Of a stretch of DNA of 32,000 nt, positions 17,305 to 25,569 are shown piece by piece. Position 1 is the first letter of the stretch. Every line of letters begins with the position of its first letter. The position numbers and the translations under genes are program-made. The notes under the pieces were generated by a model. It ran no database searches, had not been told where the DNA came from, and saw nothing but the letters and a program-made list of their open reading frames with translations. Source of the stretch: Bdellovibrionales bacterium (GTDB taxonomy: Bacteria > Bdellovibrionota > Bdellovibrionia > Bdellovibrionales > UBA1609); contig OZ252021.1 of assembly GCA_965247685.1 (NCBI GenBank), positions 1,230,001 through 1,262,000 of the forward strand. Direction: 5' to 3'.

Positions 17305-19563
17305 TTGAAAAAACTTTACTTAAGATTATTTTATCTTCTTATTTTCATTTCTTTAGCGATTTTCATACAGGGATACCTGATCTTTCAAAGTTTAGACTAT
17401 AAAATTGAAAAAACAATTCAAACAGGCTGGTTCCCACCTTCTTTGGAATATTATTCTTCTCCTAAAAAAATAAAAGATCATGAGTTCTATTCTATTGAGA
17501 AACTAAAAGAAGAACTGTATCTTAGAAATTATATTCAGCAAAACTCTATACGAAAACTTAAACCAGGAGAATTTATTTCTCTCAAAGCTCTAGAATGCAA
17601 ATCTCTTAAAACCAACAGCAATGGAGATTGTATTATATGGATGAATAAAGATTTTCCTCATACAAAAAATATGATGGAATATCAAAAGAAAAAAATCAAA
17701 TTATATCAAGGTTCTCCATTTAACCTCGTCTCTTTTATTCTTCTCGATCCTCTACTGCTTGCTCAGCGCGAAGGAGAATCCCTACACTTTAGAAAACGTT
17801 TTAAACTCACCGAAGTCCCCTATCTTTGCTTACAATCCATCACAACCTCTGAAGATGAGAACTTTATATTACATAAAGGGGTCAGCCTTACAGGAATTGC
17901 TCGTGCATTTATTCAAAATATTTTAAAGGGAAAAATCACACAAGGTGGAAGCACTATTACTCAGCAATTGATTAAAAATAGATTTTTAAATGCTGAAAAA
18001 TCTTTCAAAAGAAAATGGATTGAAATACTGATGTCTTTGGTTCTAGAAAGAAAACTCACTAAAGATCAAATTCTAGAACTTTATCTGAACACCATTTACA
18101 TGGGAGGAACAGGTTCTTATAGCCTATACGGGTTTGCATCAGCCTCTCAGTATTACTTCAATAAACCACTCAACCGTATGAACCTTTCAGAATGTGCTTT
18201 ACTCACTGCGCTACTCCCTTCTCCTGGAAGACTCAATCCTTTTTCTTTTCCTAAAAGAGCGAAGAGCAAAAGAAATATTATTTTAAAAAAAATGTATAAA
18301 CAAAATACTATTTTCTTAGAAGATCTGAATCAAGCACTCAAAAAATCATTGCCGAAAAAAAGAACATCTCTTCAAAGTCATAAAGCTTCTTACTTTGTGC
18401 ATGCTGTACATAAAGAGCTTCAAACCTTAGGAATCGATTGGGGTGATGATTTAAAAGTATATACCACAATGAATATGAAAGCTCATCACCATGCAAGAAA
18501 ATCTTTGAAGCAAACTTTAAGTAGATTAGAAAAAAAGAAAGATAAAAAACCTCTTGAAGGAGCTTTAATATCTATCGATTTAGAAACCAATAAAGTTCGC
18601 GCTCTTGTTGGCGGACGAGATTTTATACACAGCCCCTTCAACAGAGCCATTGAAGCTCAAAGACCTATTGGTTCTTTAGTAAAACCCCTTACATACCTAT
18701 CAGCTCTAGTACATACAGATATCAACCCACTAACTCTCGTTCAAGATGAACCCCTCACGATTAAAAAATGGTCTCCAAACAATTATAATAATAAGTATTT
18801 TGGAACTGTTCCTTTATACTTTGCTCTCAAAGAATCTCTCAACACAGCCAGTGTGCGAGTAGGTTTAGATGTGGGTTTAAAAAACATCATACTCACATTT
18901 GAAAAATTAGGTCTCACTTCTCCTATAGAGCCTTTACCCTCTTTGACTTTAGGCTCTGTAGAGCTTTCTCCATTAGAAATTGTACAAATGTATTCCACGA
19001 TCGCTCGAATGGGATCTTATATGAAGCTCTCCTTCATCGATAGAATAGAAAGTTTTGATGGAAAAATTCTTTATCAAAGCATCCGAACTCCACAACAAGT
19101 TTTTCCTGAAGAAAAAGTCGCCGTACTGATCGGCATGATGAAACAAGTTATTGAATCGGGTACAGCTCGGTGGATCAAGCCTTTCTGGCCTTACTCTACC
19201 GCAGGAAAAACAGGAACCAGCAACCAGGAACGAGATTCTTGGTTTATAGGTTTTACACCCCAAAAGTTAACTGGAGTATGGATAGGTTATGATGACAATA
19301 CTCCTCATGAATTGACAGGCTCCGCAGGAGCTTTAGTCACTTGGCTGCAATTTATGCGAAACTTTGATCTTCCTTTTTATGATTTTAATTGGCCTGCAAA
19401 TGTTGAAATAAAATCTGTGACTTTACCAACTATTATAAAAAGTAAAACTTCAAACGAGCGACAGTTTTTTAAACTACAAACAACATCTACTGAAGAAAGC
19501 CCTCAGGCTGCTGAATTAATCTTTGAATCTTCATCAAATAAGAAATGGTATCAATTCTTTTAA
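17305..19563 (+). CDS. class A penicillin-binding protein (glycosyltransferase + transpeptidase), PBP1B-like layout
   Basis: 752 aa, TTG start, N-terminal TM. GT51 motifs EDENFILHKG, GGSTITQQLIKN, LELYLNTIYMG. Transpeptidase motifs SLVK (SxxK), SLN (SxN), KTGT. About 150 aa lie between the TM and GT motif 1, as with the UB2H-containing PBP1B arrangement. Confidence 0.92.
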   Translation: MKKLYLRLFYLLIFISLAIFIQGYLIFQSLDYKIEKTIQTGWFPPSLEYYSSPKKIKDHEFYSIEKLKEELYLRNYIQQNSIRKLKPGEFISLKALECKSLKTNSNGDCIIWMNKDFPHTKNMMEYQKKKIKLYQGSPFNLVSFILLDPLLLAQREGESLHFRKRFKLTEVPYLCLQSITTSEDENFILHKGVSLTGIARAFIQNILKGKITQGGSTITQQLIKNRFLNAEKSFKRKWIEILMSLVLERKLTKDQILELYLNTIYMGGTGSYSLYGFASASQYYFNKPLNRMNLSECALLTALLPSPGRLNPFSFPKRAKSKRNIILKKMYKQNTIFLEDLNQALKKSLPKKRTSLQSHKASYFVHAVHKELQTLGIDWGDDLKVYTTMNMKAHHHARKSLKQTLSRLEKKKDKKPLEGALISIDLETNKVRALVGGRDFIHSPFNRAIEAQRPIGSLVKPLTYLSALVHTDINPLTLVQDEPLTIKKWSPNNYNNKYFGTVPLYFALKESLNTASVRVGLDVGLKNIILTFEKLGLTSPIEPLPSLTLGSVELSPLEIVQMYSTIARMGSYMKLSFIDRIESFDGKILYQSIRTPQQVFPEEKVAVLIGMMKQVIESGTARWIKPFWPYSTAGKTGTSNQERDSWFIGFTPQKLTGVWIGYDDNTPHELTGSAGALVTWLQFMRNFDLPFYDFNWPANVEIKSVTLPTIIKSKTSNERQFFKLQTTSTEESPQAAELIFESSSNKKWYQFF

Positions 19564-19616
19564 GTTTTTTATAAAAAAGTATTTACTTTTTAACCTTCAT
19601 ATCGCACATTATACTT

Positions 19617-20165
19617 ATGATTCAAATCACAGCAGAAAAAACACCTAATCCTAATGCTTTAAAGTTTATGGTGAATCAAACTCTTACCAAAGAGCCTTAC
19701 GAATGCAACAGTGCTCAGAAGGCGCAAAACCAATCCACATTAGCTTATAAACTGCTCAGTTTACCTTGGATCGTAAACGTTTTTATTGGAGAAAACTTTA
19801 TTACTGTTACTAAAGAAGACTGGGTAGATTGGGAACCGGTTCAAGAACCTTTAATACACATGATGAAAGAATCTATACTTTCAGGCTCCCCGCTTGTCCA
19901 ATCCAAAAATCATAGTTCTCAACCACTTCAACCTCATTCTACCGTTGTAGAAAAAATTAAATTCATCATTAATCAAGATATTCAACCGGCTGTTCAAAGA
20001 GACGGCGGCTTTATTCAATTTTCCAAATTTAAAGATGGAAAACTTTATGTCGAACTAAAAGGTGCATGTTCAGGGTGTCCAAGTGCAGAGTTCACACTCA
20101 AGCAAGGTATTGAACAACTTATTCGACAAGAAGTACCAGAAGTTCAAGAAGTTATTTCCGTTTAA
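19617..20165 (+). CDS. NifU-like Fe-S cluster assembly protein (Nfu_N + NifU C-terminal domain)
   Basis: 182 aa. N-terminal MIQITAEKTPNPNALKF is typical of the Nfu N-domain. C-terminal GACSGCPSA CxxC motif. Confidence 0.85.
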   Translation: MIQITAEKTPNPNALKFMVNQTLTKEPYECNSAQKAQNQSTLAYKLLSLPWIVNVFIGENFITVTKEDWVDWEPVQEPLIHMMKESILSGSPLVQSKNHSSQPLQPHSTVVEKIKFIINQDIQPAVQRDGGFIQFSKFKDGKLYVELKGACSGCPSAEFTLKQGIEQLIRQEVPEVQEVISV

Positions 20166-20214
20166 AATTTTTCTGTTGCACTTTTTGTCAAAAGCCGATT
20201 CGTGTCTTTGATCG

Positions 20215-22434
20215 TTAGAACAAACGAAGATCAGAGAAGAGCTCCATATCGCTGACTGTGGCATGTGAAGTCTCTTTTGGTTCTGATTTTTTTGTTTCCA
20301 AAACTTCTTTCTTGATTTGGAACAAAGATTGACTCACATGTTGATTCAATTTTTGAAGAGCTTGAATTTGTTTTTTCTTCTCTTCCAAGTGACGAGACAT
20401 CTCATCCCAAGAAAGCTGCAATGTTTTATTGTGTTCTTTTAACTCTTTGGATTCTTCGAGCAATGTCTTCAGTCGATGGAATAAAGTCTTATTTTCTTCT
20501 GTTATCTGACTAAAGCTTTTTTCTTGAATTTTATGTTTATTTTGCAAACTGAAAAGTTCTTTTTGAATATTAACAGTATCTCGATCATAAATCTCAATCA
20601 ATTCTTTGTTTTTATTTTTCTCTGCAATCAAAGCACTCTCCATTTCACGACTTAATCGACAGACATATTTTTCATGTGCTGTTTTAAGCTCTATCAGACG
20701 GCTTGAAAAAGAAGATTCCATTTCCTGAATGCGATCTTGATATTTTTGAATAGTAGATTGCAACTGTTGTACGGAGTCATACCGAAACTCTTTAGTATCT
20801 TTTTGATACTGATCTTTAATTTCTTGTAATTCCTTATCTTGTGTTTTCCGAGAATCCTCTAAGAATTTTTGATGTTGATCGTCTTGTCTTTCTAATTCTT
20901 GATCGTGTTCTTGTTTTAAGGCTTCTACTTGATGATCCGAATCTTCCACCCATTTTAGTTTCTCTGCATGAAATTCTAAAAGAAGTTTTTGCCTTTCAGA
21001 GTCGGCCTTGCTTCTGACAATAATTCTTTCTTCATAGTACTTCGTCTTTAAATCTGCTAAATTTTGAGCCCATACTTGTCTATCTTTATTATATTGCTCT
21101 TGCAGATTTTTAATCTCTTGAGTCAGTTGATTAAATTCTTGTTGAGAATATTCTTTTTTACTTTGAGCTTCTGCATAAAGATCCTTTTGCTCATTATATT
21201 TTTTCTGAAGCTCTGTGATTCGATCTTGAGTCTCATTCATTTCATGTTGATGCTCATTTTGTAAAGATTCAATTTTTGTGTTATATTCCTCTTTAATAGC
21301 TGTTTGTTGATGAAGATGGTTTTGACCCGCCTCTTTGAGCTGTTGAAGGAGTTTTCCTTCTTCAGCTTGAAAGCTTCTTTTGACAGATCGAACATCCGCT
21401 TCGTGTTCTTTTTTTAATAATGAAACTTTTTGTTCATAATCAAATTTGAGATGAACCACTTCGCCATGATGTTTTCTTTTGAGTTCAGAAGTTTCTTCTT
21501 GGTGGATCTGTTTTAGATTTTTAACAGACTCTTGAGATTGAATCAGTTGAATCTTTTCCTTATGTTGAAGACGAAGTGCATGAACTTTAGCATCAAAGTT
21601 TTTTTGCAATTCTTCAATATGTTGCTCATGATTCTCCTTTAATTTTTGCACTTGAGAGTTTTTTGAGTTTTCAAAAGGTGAAGATTTTTGTTTTAATCGC
21701 TGATGGTAAGATAAATGCAAAGCTTTCAATTTAGCATTAAAGTTTTTTTGCAGTTCGTTTATTTTATCTTCATAATGATTTCGAACTTTTTGAGTCCTTT
21801 CATCTTCTTTTTTCTGCAAAAGTATGTTTTCTTTTTGCTTTTCTTCTAATCGAGAAAGCTCCTCCTTGTGTTGAAGCTTTAAGACATGAATTTGAACTTC
21901 ATATTCTTTTTTAACTTTAGCCACACTTTCTGAAGTTGTCTTTAAAGAAAGTGCTTGTTCTTCCCGATCCGATTTCCACTGCAACTCTTGAGCTTTATAT
22001 TTTAAATCAAAAACCTCAACCTCTTGTTCATGTTGCTGCCTAAGGATTTCCAATTGATCCTCATGCATCTTAATTTCTGTTTGGTGTTCCTGGTTAAGCT
22101 CTAAAATTTTTCGATCATATTTTTTCTGAAATCCTTGAGAGACTTTTTTAAGTTTTTGATTAAGAATCTTGTTGTAAACTCGAGATTGTTTTTTGAGCTG
22201 TCGAATAGCAAAAGGAGAAGTTTTTTTTTGTTGGAAAGAAATATTTTGTGAAGAAGGCTGTTCTTGCGAAGATAGTTTTTCTTTTTCCACAATTTTTAAA
22301 GGAAGAACTTTAGAGTTTGTCGATGAATCGCTAACAAAATCCACATTTTTCAACGAAGATAAAGGTACAGGAATAGACCGAATTGTTTTCCAATCCTTGG
22401 AATTCCTTCGATCTAAAGATTTTTTATAAAACAT
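20215..22434 (-). CDS. coiled-coil-rich protein (739 aa), hypothetical
   Basis: Long ORF dominated by E/K/Q/L/H with heptad-like periodicity. Recurring blocks include ELQKNFNAKLKALHLSYHQR and ELQKNFDAKVHALRLQHKEK. No TM segment or signal peptide. Confidence 0.75.
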   Translation of the reverse strand: MFYKKSLDRRNSKDWKTIRSIPVPLSSLKNVDFVSDSSTNSKVLPLKIVEKEKLSSQEQPSSQNISFQQKKTSPFAIRQLKKQSRVYNKILNQKLKKVSQGFQKKYDRKILELNQEHQTEIKMHEDQLEILRQQHEQEVEVFDLKYKAQELQWKSDREEQALSLKTTSESVAKVKKEYEVQIHVLKLQHKEELSRLEEKQKENILLQKKEDERTQKVRNHYEDKINELQKNFNAKLKALHLSYHQRLKQKSSPFENSKNSQVQKLKENHEQHIEELQKNFDAKVHALRLQHKEKIQLIQSQESVKNLKQIHQEETSELKRKHHGEVVHLKFDYEQKVSLLKKEHEADVRSVKRSFQAEEGKLLQQLKEAGQNHLHQQTAIKEEYNTKIESLQNEHQHEMNETQDRITELQKKYNEQKDLYAEAQSKKEYSQQEFNQLTQEIKNLQEQYNKDRQVWAQNLADLKTKYYEERIIVRSKADSERQKLLLEFHAEKLKWVEDSDHQVEALKQEHDQELERQDDQHQKFLEDSRKTQDKELQEIKDQYQKDTKEFRYDSVQQLQSTIQKYQDRIQEMESSFSSRLIELKTAHEKYVCRLSREMESALIAEKNKNKELIEIYDRDTVNIQKELFSLQNKHKIQEKSFSQITEENKTLFHRLKTLLEESKELKEHNKTLQLSWDEMSRHLEEKKKQIQALQKLNQHVSQSLFQIKKEVLETKKSEPKETSHATVSDMELFSDLRLF

Positions 22435-22542
22435 CCACTAAACTCTAAAACTATTTGATTTAATTTTTTCAAACATTCTTTGAGTTTGTCAAAAATAAAT
22501 AAATATTGCATGATGCTTTGCATAACCTTTTATAATGGGAGA

Positions 22543-24234
22543 ATGAAAAATTTCAGCTTACTTTTAGTCTTGTTTATAACGTTGCCAAGTTTAGCCCAGA
22601 AGCTACAGGTCTGCTCCATAACCCTTAATTCAGATAATGAGATGAAAATATTTAAGAAACATCTTTCTTCTAGGGATTTTAATTTCATTGAGTTGGCGCC
22701 CCAAAGTTATAACATTAACTCCTCTTCAAAAACTCAGTGGTTCAGTGAGGTATGTCAGAATCCTGATGTTCAATGTGATATATTGGTTGTTTCTGGTCAC
22801 TTTGCAGATATGTTTTTCGGAACAGATAATAAACATATACTTTCTGTCTATGAGTTGGAAAAAATAGCGTGTCAAAATCAATGCCCTCGAGTGTTTAGTC
22901 AACTCAAAGAAGCGTTCTTATTCGGCTGCAATACGATGGCGGGAAAGGAAAAACTTTATCGTACATCCGATGAATATCTGGATATTCTTATTAATGAACA
23001 TAATATGTATCCTAGCGTTGCAGAAACAATAGTTGCTTCTCGATACTCTGACTTTAACCCCACCTATAAAGATCGAATGGAGCATATTTTTGAACCCCAC
23101 ACTCGTATTTACGGCTTTAAAGAAATCAGTCCCTACGGCCACCAGTCTGAAAGAGCTCTAAGAAATTATTTTTCTTCTATTAAGTCTCGGTATGGAAATT
23201 ATATCAATTACTTAAAAAAATATAAATCGAATAAAAAAACAACTCCTTATTTTTCAAAAGCCTTTGATGTTTTAAGTGCTACTCAACAAGGGTTTGGAAT
23301 GAGCAGGTCTCACTCTAAATACCCTGCCTACAAACAACTCTGTTCTTTGTATGACAGCCAGCTCAGCCATTCTAAAAAGATGAGAACTGTTTATACTCTT
23401 TTTGACAAAAATTCAGAATTCTTTGCTTTCTCAGCTATCAAGGATTTTTTAGTTCATAACAAAGATTTACTGAATGAATCTTCACTGCGACTTTTTCAAA
23501 AACTTCAAAGAGAAAAAATAAAATCCAGAGACAGTTTTATTCAAGCATACACAAACTTAAGTTCTAATTTATTTTACATGAAGTCTCAAATTCTGCATTT
23601 TCTGTATATGATGCATTGGATGAGTGAATCTCAGTATCAACAAGAACTCAGAAATAATCTTCTCCCTCTGATTCATAAATCTAGCACTCAGTCTTTTGAT
23701 ATCTTAAACACTTTAGTTAATGAAAATATGTTAAATTCTTCAGATATTATAATAAATTATGATGATTTAGGAAGTAATTACTTGAAGAATATAAGTAATG
23801 TTCTAACTGTGGATGTCCTTGATTTAAATACGATAAATATGCAAAAAGATTTAATTCGATACTGTGAAAAAAAACTCAAATCCCATCGAGTGGACTGCTA
23901 TCAGGTATTAAAAACTTTAGGAAATATTCAGGCTACAGATCCTAAGGTTTTAAAAAAGATGTCATCTTTTTTAAATAGTAAGGATTTAGGATTGGTGTAC
24001 TACGCTACTTATGGATTGGCTTATTCTAATGTCTCGAATGCAAAAATATTATTTAAAATAGTTCAAAATTTAGATCATTCTAATTTTTGGATTCGCTTAC
24101 AAAGTTTACAGTCTTTAAACTATTTAGGAGTGATTGAAGCATCCTCTAATATGAGGCGAGTAGTAGAAGATATGTTATTGACTGAGGATAATGATCAAGT
24201 AATTGAAGAAATTAATCTCATTTTAGGCTCTTAA
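22543..24234 (+). CDS. exported hypothetical protein; N-terminal alpha/beta domain with His/Cys pattern, C-terminal helical-repeat (HEAT-like) region
   Basis: ATG 22543 gives MKNFSLLLVLFITLPSLAQ-K, a clean signal peptide. The track start is TTG 22480 and ATG 22510 is also possible. Strand-His DILVVSGH (His codon 22798-22800) and strand-Cys AFLFGCNT (Cys codon 22927-22929). Confidence 0.7.
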   Translation: MKNFSLLLVLFITLPSLAQKLQVCSITLNSDNEMKIFKKHLSSRDFNFIELAPQSYNINSSSKTQWFSEVCQNPDVQCDILVVSGHFADMFFGTDNKHILSVYELEKIACQNQCPRVFSQLKEAFLFGCNTMAGKEKLYRTSDEYLDILINEHNMYPSVAETIVASRYSDFNPTYKDRMEHIFEPHTRIYGFKEISPYGHQSERALRNYFSSIKSRYGNYINYLKKYKSNKKTTPYFSKAFDVLSATQQGFGMSRSHSKYPAYKQLCSLYDSQLSHSKKMRTVYTLFDKNSEFFAFSAIKDFLVHNKDLLNESSLRLFQKLQREKIKSRDSFIQAYTNLSSNLFYMKSQILHFLYMMHWMSESQYQQELRNNLLPLIHKSSTQSFDILNTLVNENMLNSSDIIINYDDLGSNYLKNISNVLTVDVLDLNTINMQKDLIRYCEKKLKSHRVDCYQVLKTLGNIQATDPKVLKKMSSFLNSKDLGLVYYATYGLAYSNVSNAKILFKIVQNLDHSNFWIRLQSLQSLNYLGVIEASSNMRRVVEDMLLTEDNDQVIEEINLILGS

Positions 24235-24263
24235 GTTTTTATGTTTTTACTACTGATGAGATA

Positions 24264-24352
24264 GGAGAGGTGACCGAGTGGCTGAAGGAGTACGCTTGGA
24301 AAGCGTATAGATGTGTAAAAGCATCTCGGGGGTTCGAATCCCCCTCTCTCCG
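24264..24352 (+). tRNA. tRNA-Ser (anticodon GGA), CCA not encoded
   Basis: 89 nt. Acceptor GGAGAGG/TCTCTCC, D-arm ACC-GAGTGGCTGAA-GGA, anticodon arm TACGC-TTGGAAA-GCGTA, long variable arm, T-arm GGGGG-TTCGAAT-CCCCC, discriminator G. Close to E. coli tRNA-Ser(GGA) as I remember it. Confidence 0.93.
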
Positions 24353-24364
24353 TATGATAGAAAA

Positions 24365-24395
24365 GGTATGATATCGAAGATGTTATACCTTTTTT
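24365..24395 (+). terminator. intrinsic terminator downstream of tRNA-Ser
   Basis: GGTATGATATC-GAA-GATGTTATACC gives an 11-bp stem (two G-U pairs) with a 3-nt loop, followed by TTTTTT (24390-24395). It is preceded by AAAA, so it may act bidirectionally. Confidence 0.6.
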
Positions 24396-24570
24396 ACCAT
24401 AATGGGGTATTCGAAGTGAAAGAGCGATCCATGTTGGCTGTGAAAACAGTTAATATGGAGAAGCAAAACTGGATGTTTTGCTTAGCGCTTGAAGTGAGCC
24501 TACGCAAAGTTGTGAGCTGGATGCGAACAACTGTAGTAGGCGAATCCCCCTCTCTCCGTATGATAGAAAA

Positions 24571-24601
24571 GGTATGATATCGAAGATGTTATACCTTTTT
24601 T
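24571..24601 (+). terminator. second, identical copy of the terminator hairpin (inside repeat unit 2)
   Basis: Same sequence, displaced by 206 bp. Confidence 0.5.
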
Positions 24602-24966
24602 ACCATAATGGGGTATTCGAAGTGAAAAAGCGATCCATGTTGACTGTGAAAACAATTAATATGGAGAAGCAAAACTAGATGTTTTGCTTAGCGCTTGAAG
24701 TGAGCCTACGCAAAGTTGTGAGCTGGATGCGAACAACTGTAGTAGGCGAATCCCTCTCTCTCCGTATGATAGAAAAAACAGCTCTCTGATCTTCATTCAA
24801 TTGATGAGTATGTGCACTATGGGATGGACTATCCCGTTTTAAGGGTGTAAAAGCTAAAATTGTAGTATTTTTTTTTAAGAGGGTTTAAGAGGGTAAGATA
24901 TATGGTGTTTTTAAAAATAGGATTATTCTTTGCTTCTTATTTTATTTTACTCTCTTTTGTTAGAGA

Positions 24967-25479
24967 TTGGAACATACTGGATCTGGAAAAAAATTATTAA
25001 CTACTGAAAAAAGTTATAGGCTTATATTAACACCTTTCCAACATAGCTTACTCGCTATATTGGGGTTAGGTTTTGGACTAAAAATGATGTTCTCGTCTAT
25101 ATCTTCCTTTCAAGATTTAGCAAATACTATGTCTTACTTTTTTATCCTTTCTGGTATCTTTTTATCTATTAGTATTTACTTCACTAAATCCCATTTAAAA
25201 GATTTAATAGACCAGATCAAAAAAACCAAAGATGTTAAAAAATCTAAAAGTATTGAGATATTAAAAAAATCTAACACTATTGCTCATAAATGTATTGTGG
25301 CTGTATGCAGTGTTGCTTTGTTTGCTTTATTATCATATTCAGAACTTGCTTTTGAATTCCCATCTAGAAATGCTTCTTTTATTATTGGTTTTAGTTTGTT
25401 AGCTATCCTCTTTTTGTCAATAGGATATAAATACTATATTAATCCAAAAAAATTCTTAGAAAAGATTGATGGAGTATAA
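24967..25479 (+). CDS. hypothetical integral membrane protein (about 4 TM segments)
   Basis: 170-aa ORF with TTG start and only a weak SD. Hydrophobic segments LLAILGLGFGL, YFFILSGIFLSISIYF, CIVAVCSVALFALL, FIIGFSLLAILFLSIGY. No family recognised. Confidence 0.45.
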   Translation: MEHTGSGKKLLTTEKSYRLILTPFQHSLLAILGLGFGLKMMFSSISSFQDLANTMSYFFILSGIFLSISIYFTKSHLKDLIDQIKKTKDVKKSKSIEILKKSNTIAHKCIVAVCSVALFALLSYSELAFEFPSRNASFIIGFSLLAILFLSIGYKYYINPKKFLEKIDGV

Positions 25480-25569
25480 GGCGATGAACAATAGAAAGAA
25501 AACCTTTAGAACGAGTTATTTTCATTTTTTACCTTCTTTTTTTCTTAAAGTCCTATATGACCTTATCGA

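Larger units (their letters stand above)
24335..24776 (+). repeat. two tandem 206-bp units (24335-24540, 24541-24746) plus a third 30-bp copy of the unit start (24747-24776); each begins with the last 18 nt of tRNA-Ser
   Basis: The 30-bp core cgaatccccctctctccgtatgatagaaaa starts at 24335, 24541 and 24747. The third copy has one C>T at 24755. Units 1 and 2 differ at 4 positions (24422/24628, 24437/24643, 24449/24655, 24471/24677), each G in unit 1 and A in unit 2. Confidence 0.9.

Noticed and set aside
22221-22229. T9 (A9 on the coding strand) homopolymer early in the coiled-coil gene as a phase-variation switch
   Set aside because: Equivalent A9 runs occur inside housekeeping genes here (RND pump at 10590-10598, rluB near 28851-28859). 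They reflect Lys-rich coding in an AT-rich genome, not a contingency locus.
24457-24558. A second, degenerate tRNA gene formed by the unit tail plus the next core
   Set aside because: Only the acceptor strands could pair, and with one A-C mismatch. There is no T-stem 5' strand (GTAGG instead of GGGGG), no D-arm and no credible anticodon arm. The segment is 102 nt long.
24311-24577. Track ORF 24311..24577(+), 88 aa
   Set aside because: It starts inside the tRNA-Ser gene and reads through the terminator hairpin and the repeat unit. The second repeat copy has a stop (TAG at 24676-24678, created by the G>A at 24677) in the equivalent frame, so the reading frame is not conserved between copies.
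24335-24746. Template/variable repeat pair of a diversity-generating retroelement, since all 4 differences are A in one copy and G in the other
   Set aside because: There is no reverse transcriptase or accessory gene in the window, and the repeats are non-coding and tandem. Four G/A transitions plus one C/T are equally explained by ordinary AT-biased mutation.
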